Positions 45,001 to 55,775 of a stretch of 64,000 nt of DNA are shown here, piece after piece. The stretch covers positions 429,350,001 through 429,414,000 of the forward strand of contig OZ024740.1 in the NCBI GenBank assembly GCA_964016885.1, given 5' to 3'. This DNA is from Eledone cirrhosa. Its lineage: Eukaryota. How positions within the stretch are numbered: the stretch's first letter is position 1; each line of letters starts with the position of its first letter. The translations under genes were made by a program, and so were the position numbers. The notes beneath the pieces were generated by a model. The model ran no database searches and was not told the DNA's origin. It saw only the letters and a list, made by a program, of their open reading frames with translations.

Positions 45001-48000
45001 GTTGTAACTTCCTAACACTAATATGTCAGTCATTGATTTAACTGTTAGTTCTAACTTCCTAACACTAATATGTCAGTCATTGATTTAACTGTTAGTTGTA
45101 ACTTCCTAACACTAATATGTCAGTCATTGATTTAACTGTTAGTTCCAACTTCCTAACACTAATATGTTAGTCATTGATTTAACTGTTAGTTGTAACTTCC
45201 TAACACTAATATGTCAGTCATTGATTTAACTGTTAGTTCTAACTTCCAACACTAATATGTCAGTCATTGATTTAACTGTTAGTTCTAACTTCCTAACACT
45301 AATATGTCAGTCATTGATTTAACTGTTAGTTGTAACTTCCTGACACTAATATGTCAGCCATTGATTTAACTGTTAGTTGTAACTTCCTAACACTAATATG
45401 TCAGCCATTGATTTAACTGTTAGTTGTAACTTCCCAACACTAGTATGTCAGTCATTGATTTAACTGTTAGTTGTAACTTCCTTATACTAATATGTCAGTC
45501 ATTGATTTAACTGTTCGTTGTAACTTCCTAACACTAATATGTCAGTCATTGATTTAACTGTTAGTTGTAACTTCCTAACACTAATATGTCAGTCATTGAT
45601 TTAACTGTTAGTTCTAACTTCCTAACACTAATATTTCAGTCATTGATTTAACTGTTAGTTGTAACTTCCTAACACTAATATGTCAGTCATTGATTTAACT
45701 GTTAATTGTAACATCCTAACACTAATATGTCAGTCATTGATTTAACTGTTAGTTGTAACTTCCTAACACTAATATGTCAGTCATTGATTTAACTGTTAGT
45801 TGTAACTTCCTAACACTAATATGTCAGTCATTGATTTAACTGTTAGTTGTAACTTCCTAACACTAATATGTCAGACATTGATTTAACTTTTAGTTGTAAC
45901 TTCCTAACACTAATATGTCAGTCATTGATTTAACTGTTAGTTCTAACTTCCTAACACTAATATGTCAGTCATTGATTTAACTGTTAGTTCTAACTTCCTA
46001 ACACTAATATGTCAGTCATTGTTTTAACTGTTAGTTCTAACTTCCTAGCACTAATATGTCAGCCATTGATTTAACTGTTAGTTCTAACTTCCTAACACTA
46101 GTATGTCAGTCATTGATTTAACTGTTAGTTCTAACTTCCTAACACTAATATTTCAGTCATTGATTTAACTGTTAGATGTAACTTACTAACACTAATATGT
46201 CAGCCTTTGATTTAACTGTTAGTTCCAACTTCCTAACACTAATATGTCAGTCATTGATTTAACTGTGTGTTGTAACTTCCTAACACTAATATGTCAGTCA
46301 TTGATTTAACTGTTAGTTCTATCTTCCTCACACTAATATGTCAATCATTGATTTAACTGTTAGTTCTAACTTCCTAACACTAATATGTCAGTCATTGATT
46401 TAACTGTTAGTTCTATCTTCCTAACACTAATATGTCAGCCATTGATTTAACTGTTAGTTCTAACTTCCTAACACTAATATGTCAGTCATTGATTTAACTG
46501 TTAGTTCTAACTTCCAACACTAATATGTCAGTCATTGATTTAACTGTTAGTTCTAACTTCCTAACACTAATATGTCAGCCATTGATTTAACTGTTAGTTG
46601 TAACTTCCTAACACTAATATGTCAGCCATTGTTTTAACTGTTAGTTGTAACTTCCCAACACTAATATGTCAGTCATTGATTTCACTTTTGTAACTTCCTA
46701 ACACTAATATGTCAGTCATTGATTTAACTGTTAGTTGTAACTTCCTAACACTAATATGTCAGTCATTGATTTAACTGTTAGTTCTAACTTCCTAACACTA
46801 ATATGTCAGTCATTGATTTAACTGTTAGTTCTAACTTCCTAACACTAATATGTCAGTCATTGATTTAACTGTTAGTTGTAACATCCTAACACTAATATGT
46901 CAGTCATTGATTTAACTGTTAGTTGTAACTTCCTAACACTAATATGTCAGTCATTGATTTAACTGTTAGTTGTAACTTCCTAACACTAATATGTCAGTCA
47001 TTGATTTAACTGTTAGTTGTAACTTCCTAACACTAATATGTCAGACATTGATTTAACTGTTAGTTGTAACTTCCTAACACTAATATGTCAGTCATTGATT
47101 TAACTGTTAGTTCTAACTTCCTAACACTAATATGTCAGTCATTGATTTAACTGTTAGTTCTAACTTCCTAACACTAATATATCAGTCATTGATTTAACTG
47201 TTAGTTGTAACTTCCTAACACTAATATGTCAGTCATTGATTTAACTGTTAGTTCCAACTTCCTAACACTAATATGTCAGTCATTGATTTAACTGTTAGTT
47301 GTAACTTCCTAACACTAATATGTCAGTCATTGATTTAACTGTTAGTTCTAACTTCCTCACACTAATATGTCAGTCATTGATTTAACTGTTAGTTCTAACT
47401 TCCTAACACTAATATGTCAGTCATTGATTTAACTGTTAGTTCTTACTTCCTAACACTAATATGTCAGCCATTGATTTAACTGTTATTTCTAACTTCCTAA
47501 CACTAATATGTCAGTCATTGATTTAACTGTTAGTTCTAACTTCCTAACACTAATATGTCAGTCATTGATTTAACTGTTAGTTCTAACTTCCTCACACTAA
47601 TATGTCAGTCATTGATTTAACTGTTAGTTCTAACTTCCTAACACTAATATGTCAGCCATTGATTTAACTGTTAGTTCTAACTTCCTAACACTAATATGTC
47701 AGTCATTGATTTAACTGTTAGTTGTAACTTCCTAACACTAATATGTCAGTCATAGATTTAACTGTTAGTTCTAACTTCCTAACACTAATATGTCAGCCAT
47801 TGATTTAACTGTTAGTTGTAACGTCCCAACACTAATATGTCAGTCATTGATTTAACTTTTGTAACTTCCTAACACTAATATGTCAGTCATTGATTGAACT
47901 GTTAGTTGTAACTTCCTAACACAAATATGTCAGTCATTGATTTAACTGTTAGTTCTAACTTCCTAACACTAATATGTCAGTCATTGATTTAACTGTTAGT

Positions 48001-51000
48001 TGTAACTTCCTAACACTAATATATCAGTCATTGATTTAACTGTTAGTTGTAACTTCCTAACACTAATATGTCAGTCATTGATTTAACTGTTGTAACTTCC
48101 TAACACTAATATATCAGTCATTGATTTAACTGTTAGTTCTAACTTCCTAACACTAATATGTCAGCCATTGATTTAACTGTTAGTTCTAACTTCTTAACAC
48201 TAATATGTCAGTCATTGATTTAACTGTTAGTTGTAACTTCCTAACACTAATATGTCAGTCATTGATTTAACTGTTAGTTGTAACTTCCTAACACTAATAT
48301 GTCAGTCATTGATTTAACTGTTAGTTGTAACTTCCTAACACTAATATGTCAGTCATTGATTTAACTGTTAGTTGTAACTTCCTAACACTAATATGTCAGA
48401 CATTGATTTAACTGTTAGTTGTAACTTCCTAACACTAATATGTCAGTCATTGATTTAACTGTTAGTTCTAACTTCCTAACACTAATATGTCAGTCATTGA
48501 TTTAACTGTTAGTTCTAACTTCCTAACACTAATATATCAGTCATTGATTTAACTGTTAGTTGTAACTTCCTAACACTAATATGTCAGTCATTGATTTAAC
48601 TGTTAGTTCCAACTTCCTAACACTAATATGTCAGTCATTGATTTAACTGTTAGTTGTAACTTCCTAACACTAATATGTCAGTCATTGATTTAACTGTTAG
48701 TTCTAACTTCCTCACACTAATATGTCAGTCATTGATTTAACTGTTAGTTCTAACTTCCTAACACTAATATGTCAGTCATTGATTTAACTGTTAGTTCTTA
48801 CTTCCTAACACTAATATGTCAGCCATTGATTTAACTGTTATTTCTAACTTCCTAACACTAATATGTCAGTCATTGATTTAACTGTTAGTTCTAACTTCCT
48901 AACACTAATATGTCAGTCATTGATTTAACTGTTAGTTCTAACTTCCTCACACTAATATGTCAGTCATTGATTTAACTGTTAGTTCTAACTTCCTAACACT
49001 AATATGTCAGCCATTGATTTAACTGTTAGTTCTAACTTCCTAACACTAATATGTCAGTCATTGATTTAACTGTTAGTTGTAACTTCCTAACACTAATATG
49101 TCAGTCATAGATTTAACTGTTAGTTCTAACTTCCTAACACTAATATGTCAGCCATTGATTTAACTGTTAGTTGTAACGTCCCAACACTAATATGTCAGTC
49201 ATTGATTTAACTTTTGTAACTTCCTAACACTAATATGTCAGTCATTGATTGAACTGTTAGTTGTAACTTCCTAACACAAATATGTCAGTCATTGATTTAA
49301 CTGTTAGTTCTAACTTCCTAACACTAATATGTCAGTCATTGATTTAACTGTTAGTTGTAACTTCCTAACACTAATATATCAGTCATTGATTTAACTGTTA
49401 GTTGTAACTTCCTAACACTAATATGTCAGTCATTGATTTAACTGTTGTAACTTCCTAACACTAATATATCAGTCATTGATTTAACTGTTAGTTCTAACTT
49501 CCTAACACTAATATGTCAGCCATTGATTTAACTGTTAGTTCTAACTTCTTAACACTAATATGTCAGTCATTGATTTAACTGTTAGTTGTAACTTCCTAAC
49601 ACTAATATGTCAGTCATTGATTTAACTGTTAGTTGTAACTTCCTAACACTAATATGTCAGTCATTGATTTAACTGTTAGTTGTAACTTCCTAACACTAGT
49701 ATGTCAGTCATTGATTTAACTGTTAGTTGTAACTTCCTAACACTAATATGTCAGTCATTGATTTAACTGTTAGTTGTAACTTCCTAACACTAATATGTCA
49801 GTCATAGATTTAACTGTTAGTTCTAACTTCCTAACACTAATATGTCAGTCATTGATTCAACTGTTAGATGTAACTACCTAACACTAATATGTCAGCCATT
49901 GATTTAACTGTTAGTTGTAACTTCCTAACACTAATATGTCAGCCATTGTTTTAACTGTTAGTTGTAACTTCCTAACACTAATATGTCAGTCATTGATTTA
50001 ACTGTTAGTTCTAACTTCCTAACACTAATATGTCAGTCATTGATTTAACTGTTAGTTGTAACTTCCTAACACTAATATGTCAGTCATTGATTTAACTGTT
50101 AGTTGTAACTTCCTAACACTAATATGTCAGTCATTGATTTAACTGTTAGTTCTAACTTCCTAACACTAATATGTCAGTCATTGATTTAACTGTTAGTTGT
50201 AACTTCCTAACACTAATATGTCAGTCATTGATTTAACTGTTAGTTCCAACTTCCTAACACTAATATGTCAGTCATTGATTTAACTGTTAGTTGTAACTTC
50301 CTAACACTAATATGTCAGTCATTGATTTAACTGTTAGTTCTAACTTCCAACACTAATATGTCAGTCATTGATTTAACTGTTAGTTCTAACTTCCTAACAC
50401 TAATATGTCAGCCATTGATTTAACTGTTAGTTGTAACTTCCTAACACTAATATGTCAGCCATTGATTTAACTGTTAGTTGTAACTTCCCAACACTAGTAT
50501 GTCAGTCATTGATTTAACTGTTAGTTGTAACTTCCTTATACTAATATGTCAGTCATTGATTTAACTGTTAGTTGTAACTTCCTAACACTAATATGTCAGT
50601 CATTGATTTAACTGTTAGTTGTAACTTCCTAACACTAATATGTCAGTCATTGATTTAACTGTTAGTTCTAACTTCCTAACACTAATATGTCAGTCATTGA
50701 TTTAACTGTTAGTTGTAACTTCCTAACACTAATATGTCAGTCATTGATTTAACTGTTAGTTCCAACTTCCTAACACTAATATGTGAGTCATTGATTTAAC
50801 TGTTAGTTGTAACTTCCTAACACTAATATGTCAGTCATTGATTTAACTGTTAGATGTAACTTCCTAACACTAATATGTCAGCCTTTGATTTAACTGTTAG
50901 TTCCAACTTCCTAACACTAATATGTCAGTCATTGATTTAACTGTTACTTCTAACTTCCTAACACTAATATGTCAGTCATTGATTTAACTGTTAGTTCTAA

Positions 51001-53220
51001 CTTCCTAACACTAATATGTCAGTCATTGATTTAACTGTTAGATGTAACTTCCTAACACTAATATGTCAGCCATTGATTGAACTGTTAGTTCCAACTTCCT
51101 AACACTAATATGTCAGTCATTGATTTAACTGTTAGTTGTAACTTCCTAACACTAATATGTCAGTCATTGATTTAACTGTTAGTTCTAACTTCCTAACACT
51201 AATATGTCAGTCATTGATTTAACTGTTAGTTCCAACTTCCTAACACTAATCTGTCAGTCATTGATTTAACTGTTAATTCTAACTTCCTAACACTAATATG
51301 TCAGTCATTGATTTAACTGTTAGATGTAACTTCCTAACACTAATATGTCAGTCATTGATTTAACTGTTAGTTCTAACTTCCTAACACTAATATGTCAGTC
51401 ATTGATTTAACTGTTAGTTCCAACTTCCTAACACTAATATGTCAGTCATTGATTTAACTGTTAGTTCTAACTTCCTAACACTAATATGTCAGTCATTGAT
51501 TTAACTGTTAGATGTAACTTTCTAACACTAATATGTCAGTCATTGATTTAACTGTTAGTTCTAACTTCCTAACACTAATATGTCAGCCATTGATTTAACT
51601 TTTGTAACTTCCTAACACTAATATGTCAGTCATTGATTTAACTGTTAGTTCTAACTTCCTAACACTAATATGTCAGCCATTGATTTAACTGTTAGTTCTA
51701 ACTTCCTAACACTAATATGTCAGTTATTGATTTAACTGTTAGTTGTAAATTCCTAACACTAAAATGTCAGTCATTGATTTAACTGTTAGTTGTAACTTCC
51801 TAACACTAATATGTCAGTCATTGATTTAACTGTTAATTGTAACTTCCTAACACTAATATGTCAGTCATTGATTTAACTGTTAGTTCTAACTTCCTAACAC
51901 TAATATGTCAGTCATTGATTTAACTATTATATGTAACTTCCTAACACTAATATGTCAGCCATTGATTTAACTGTTAGTTGTAACTTCCTAACACTAATAT
52001 GTCAGCTATTGATTTAACTGTTAGTTGTAACTTCCTAACACTAATATGTCAATCATTGATTTAACTGTTAGTTCTAACTTCCTAACACTAATATGTCAGT
52101 CATTGATTTAACTGTTAGTTGTAACTTCCTAACACTAATATGTCAGTCATTGATTTAACTGTTAGTTGTAACTTCCTAACACTAATATGTCAGTCATTGA
52201 TTTAACTGTTAGTTCTAACTTCCTAACACTAATATGTCAGTCATTGATTTAACTGTTAGTTGTAACTTCCTAACACTAATATGTCAGTCATTGATTTAAC
52301 TGTTAGTTCCAACTTCCTAACACTAATATGTCAGTCATTGATTTAACTGTTAGTTGTAACTTCCTAACACTAATATGTCAGTCATTGATTTAACTGTTAG
52401 ATGTAACTTCCTAACACTAATATGTCAGCCATTGATTGAACTGTTAGTTCCAACTTCCTAACACTAATATGTCAGTCATTGATTTAATTGTTAGTTGTAA
52501 CTTCCTAACACTAATATGTCAGTCATTGATTTAACTGTTAGTTCTAACTTCCTAACACTAATATGTCAGTCATTGATTTAACTGTTAGTTCCAACTTCCT
52601 AACACTAATATGTCAGTCATTGATTTAACTGTTAGTTCTAACTTCCTAACACTAATATGTCAGTCATTGATTTAACTGTTAGATGTAACTTCCTAACACT
52701 AATATGTCAGTCATTGATTTAACTGTTAGTTCTAACTTCCTAACACTAATATGTCAGTCATTGATTTAACTGTTAGTTCCAACTTCCTAACACTAATATG
52801 TCAGTCATTGATTTAACTGTTAGTTCTAACTTCCTAACACTAATATGTCTGTCATTGATTTAACTGTTAGATGTAACTTTCTAACACTAATATGTCAGTC
52901 ATTGATTTAACTGTTAGTTCTAACTTCCTAACACTAATATGTCAGTCATTGATTTAACTGTTAGATGTAACTTCCTAACACTAATATGTCAGTCATTGAT
53001 TTAACTGTTAGTTGTAATTTCCTAACACTAATATGTCAGTTATTGATTCAACTGTTAGTTCTAACTTCCTAACACTAATATGTCAGCCATTGATTTAACT
53101 GTTGTAACTTCCTAACACTAATATGTCAGTCATTGATTTAACTGTTAGTTCTAACTTCCTAACACTAATATGTCAGCCATTGATTTAACTGTTGTAACTT
53201 CCTAACACTAATATGTCAGC
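1..53220. repeat. 47-bp tandem satellite array, ~1130 monomers, continues beyond the left edge
   Basis: Consensus AATATGTCAG(T/C)CATTGATTTAACTGTTAGTT(G/C)TAACTTCCTAACACT. Period 47 (e.g. 301 to 348), ~30% GC, no CpG in the consensus. Head-to-tail with no inversion or insertion seen. Recurrent 43-bp and 46-bp deletion monomers. Ends abruptly at ...AATATGTCAGC|TGGGGCC (53220). The ORF track shows no ORFs here. Confidence 0.99.
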
Positions 53221-53303
53221 TGGGGCCAAATATCACCATTTTTAATCATCAACCTTCAACTCAACGCTTTTCAGCTCCCAATAAACTTTATTAATCGAAA
53301 TAA
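53213..53303 (-). mobile_element. 3' end (stop codon copy, 3' UTR, degenerate TIR) of the mariner relic
   Basis: Minus strand reads TAT TTC GAT TAA TAA AG (YFD**), then ~50 bp, then AAAAATGGTGATATTTGGCCCCAGCTGACATA. Spacing and loose similarity match the Hsmar1 3' end as I recall it (TTTGATTAATAAAG...AAAACCGCAATTACTTTTGCACCAACCTAATA). The TIR match is degenerate. Confidence 0.6.
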
Positions 53304-53433
53304 TTGTTTCTATTTTAGGCACAAGGCCAGCAATTACTCAGTACATTACTGGTACTTTATTTTATCGACTCCGTAAGGATGAAAGGCAAAGTCAACCTCG
53401 GCGGGATTTGAACTCAGATCATAAATGGATGTA
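53304..53433 (-). mobile_element. tRNA-derived SINE copy a (5'-truncated, short-form body)
   Basis: Minus-strand B-box GAGTTCAAATCCC, then the shared core GCCGAGGTTGACTTTGCCTTTCATCCTTACGGAGTCGATAAAATAAAGTACCAG and tail ...AAAATAGAAACAA. Flanked by CGAAATAA at 53296-53303 and 53434-53441. Confidence 0.85.
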
Positions 53434-53441
53434 CGAAATAA

Positions 53442-53660
53442 TAGCTTCTGATTTAGGCACAAATTAACAGTTTTGTGGGAAAGGTTTAAGTCGATTAAAT
53501 CGATGCCAGCGCATTACTGGTACTTTATTTTATGGACCCCGTAAGAATGAACGGCAAAGCTAATCTCGGCGGAATTTGAACTAAGTGTGTAAAGGGTCGT
53601 AACCCTATGCCACGAATCAGGGTGTCTGACGCTCTACCGATACTGCCAATCAGCCGCTCT
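53442..53660 (-). mobile_element. tRNA-derived SINE copy b (full head, long-form 3' body)
   Basis: Minus-strand A-box-like TGGCAGTATCGG and B-box AGTTCAAATTCC, plus the shared core. Retains an extra segment ATCGATTTAATCGACTTAAACCTTTCCC that the other copies lack. Followed by TTTATTAATCGAAATAA (53661-53677). Confidence 0.85.
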
Positions 53661-53677
53661 TTTATTAATCGAAATAA

Positions 53678-53864
53678 TTGTTTCTACTTTTGGCACAAGA
53701 CCAGCAATTATCCCAGTGTATTACTGGTACTTTATTTTATCGACCCCGGTAAGGATGAAAGGCAAAGCTAACCTCGGAGGGATTTGAACTCAGAATGTAA
53801 AGGGCCATAACTCTATGCTACAAAGCATAATGTCTGACTCTCTCCCGATACTGCCAATCCACTG
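53678..53864 (-). mobile_element. tRNA-derived SINE copy c (near full length, short form)
   Basis: A-box-like TGGCAGTATCGG, B-box GAGTTCAAATCCC, shared core and tail. Flanked by TTATTAATCGAAATAA (53662-53677) and TTATTAATCGATATAA (53865-53880). Confidence 0.88.
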
Positions 53865-54112
53865 TTATTAATCGATATAACAGTCGGAATCTACACATTT
53901 TTTTGCAAAATAGAAACCTAAATATTCCTGAGTTGTGGAAGTGACAAATACTTCGAATGTCTTTTGAGTTGCTTCTTGGTTGTTACAGACCTTCTTTTAC
54001 CTGGAATTATTGGAAGGTGGAGAAGTGGTATAGGGCCGGTGCCAGGTGACCAAGCGAGGGACGAGGTAGAGTTTCGGAGCCAATTTACAGCAATTGATGT
54101 AGATTTATTTGC

Positions 54113-54408
54113 AAGGTGTGTTGTCAAGTGTGTGGTCAGGTGTGGTTAGGTGTGGTCAGGCGTGTGGTTAGGTGTGTGGTTAGGTGTGTTGTCAGAGATG
54201 TGGTCAGATGTGTGGTCAGGTGTGTTGTCAGGTGTCTTGTCAGGTGTGTGGTCAAGTGTGTTGTCATGTCTGTTGTCAGGTGTGGTTAGATCTGTGGTCA
54301 GGTGTGTGGGCAGGGGTGTCTTCAATTATATAGTCATGTGTGTGGTCATATGTGTGGTCAAACGTGTAGTTAGATCTGTGGTCAGACCTGTGTCCAAACG
54401 TGTAGTCA
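54113..54408. repeat. 12-bp minisatellite (GGTCAGGTGTGT-like, ~25 degenerate units, some 10 bp) inside the transposase relic
   Basis: Repeating TGTGGTCAGGTG / TGTTGTCAGGTG units; minus strand GACCACACACCT / GACAACACACCT. Explains the LTTH-, WSGV- and VVRC-repeat ORFs. Confidence 0.92.
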
Positions 54409-54498
54409 CTAAGATTTGAACCTCTTCAACTGACAATGCTGGAGAAAACCTCGCAGTTCTTGAAACATTTTTGACAATTTCCTGCCAACATTTCTCTA

Positions 54499-54608
54499 TT
54501 CCAATCCCGCCGAGGTTAACTTTGCCTTTCATCCTTACGGGGTCGATAAAATAAAGTACCAGTAATGTACTGGGTAATTGCTGGCCTTGTATTAAAATTA
54601 GAAACAAT
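54499..54608 (+). mobile_element. tRNA-derived SINE copy d (5'-truncated at the B-box) inserted in the transposase relic
   Basis: Reverse orientation relative to copies a-c. Perfect 9-bp direct repeat ATTTCTCTA at 54490-54498 and 54609-54617. Excising it rejoins the transposase segments ...FLNSSSET and EKCWQEI... Confidence 0.92.
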
Positions 54609-55404
54609 ATTTCTCTACTCTGTTTCACTACTAGAATTCAAGAAATCATAGCAGATAATTCCATTTGCTGACCACCAAACATTGACCAAACCTTTCTTTT
54701 GATACAGATTCGTTTTGGGGAAAGTGCATTGTAGTTTCCACTTGATTCAGTCCTTTCACGGAACCCCGTCGTTTGTCGAGAGAATTCATTCATTTTTCGT
54801 CACAATGAATCGTTTTTTGTCCACAGAGAATCACAGAGCAGACTAAATAACGACCGAGATTTTTGTTGTTTCCCCCAAACCTTAAACTTCAGACCTAGAA
54901 AAGCTTTGCTCACATTTTCACTTCAAGAATTACAGATATCAATCGACAGAAGGTGAACTTCTGTCGCATTATTCTCATCAGTCAGAGTTCTTTGGAAAGA
55001 TAACCGCTCTTCTCCTAAGACAAATATATGGCAAAGAGGGGTTCTTTTAGAAAACAAAAGTGATAGTATTCGTTAGAAAGAAATGTCATCAACAAACAGG
55101 ACGAGATTTTAACACTACTATTATGTTTACTATTGAAGCGGGGGTTGACATTTTCTTCAAGCTTTGCACAAATTTATATTCGAGTGAGAAAATGTGGAGC
55201 ACAGAGACGAGGAGGGGGTATTTGTATATTACTGTCTGCAAGTCGCAACGAATAAGCAATTCTGTTATGGACGGATTGATTGTGAGCCATAAATATTTGT
55301 TTAACATTCATTTCGGTAAACAAACATTAATGACTTTGAGAGAATGTTGACCGCGTTGAAGGTGGTGAGTGTATCACATACAATAGTATGGCGGTGGCGA
55401 TTGA

Positions 55405-55565
55405 TGGGGAGTAGAGGCGAGGAGAGGGGGGGGTGTTGGAAGAGGAGGAGGTGGTGGACGACGACGACGACGAGAACGAAGAGGAAGAGAACGAAGAAGA
55501 GGGGAGATGGTAGAGTAGAGAGAGTGGGGGAAGAGAGAGAGGGGCGTAGGAAGAGAGAGAAAGGC
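55405..55565. repeat. GA-rich low-complexity tract with short (GAC)n
   Basis: Purine-rich GAG/GAA/GA runs and GACGACGACGACG at ~55457-55472. Confidence 0.85.
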
Positions 55566-55578
55566 GGCAGTAGCTGTA

Positions 55579-55775
55579 ATGTGTGTATGTGTGAGTATTA
55601 ACAGTGTGTGTGTGTATGTGTGAGTATTAATATTGTGTGTGTATGTTTGAGTATTAACAGTGTGTGTGTATGTGTGTTACAGTGTGTGTGTGTGAGTATT
55701 AACAGTGTGTGTGTGTGTGTGTTACAGTGTGTGTGTGAGTATTAACAGTGTGTGTGTATGTGTGAGTATTAACAG
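55579..55775. repeat. Compound minisatellite GAGTATTAACA(GT)n
   Basis: GAGTATTAA(C/T)A core recurs about six times, separated by variable TG/TATG tracts, plus two shortened GTTACA units. Confidence 0.9.

Larger units (their letters stand above)
53868..54880 (-). pseudogene. Degenerate mariner (Tc1/mariner, Hsmar1/cecropia-like) transposase, catalytic domain
   Basis: Manual minus-strand translation across frameshifts gives colinear motifs: RYLVCSVIL; CDEK* (GAC at 54801-54799, cf. TCDEKW); FPKTNLYQKKGLVNVWWSANGIICYDFLNS (cf. FPKPNLHQKKVMVTVWWSAAGLIHYSFLNP); EKCWQEIVK/MFQELRGFL/PAL (cf. EKYAQQIDEMHRKLQRLQPAL); IGSETLPRPSLGHLAPALYHF (cf. LGYEVLPHPPYSPDLSPTDYHF); NNQEATQKTFEVFVTS (cf. HNQQDAENAFQEFVES); KCVDSDCYID** (cf. 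KCVDCNGSYFD*). Multiple stops and frameshifts. The 5' limit is uncertain; weak similarity may reach ~55000. Reference motifs are from memory. Confidence 0.9.

Noticed and set aside
1-53220. CRISPR array
   Set aside because: Contiguous monomers with no unique spacers, no cas genes and a eukaryotic context.
53304-53864. tRNA genes suggested by A/B boxes
   Set aside because: The boxes belong to SINE heads. There is no cloverleaf, and they are followed by a shared non-tRNA body with TSDs.
53918-54628. ORFs of 61-100 aa as real genes (LTTH / WSGV repeats)
   Set aside because: Chimeric read-throughs of SINE, minisatellite and partly out-of-frame transposase relic.
54885-54990. Hammerhead ribozyme or box C/D snoRNA on the minus strand (CTGATGA...hairpin...GAAA...CTGA)
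   Set aside because: Stem II is not directly followed by GAAA, and stems I and III do not pair. The C/D terminal stem is out of register, and no convincing rRNA guide was found by eye. An Infernal/Rfam scan would settle it.
55060-55601. Short ORFs and a GTGAGT donor-like site at ~55365 as a gene start
   Set aside because: No recognisable homology, one ORF is low-complexity, and an isolated donor motif is insufficient without transcripts.
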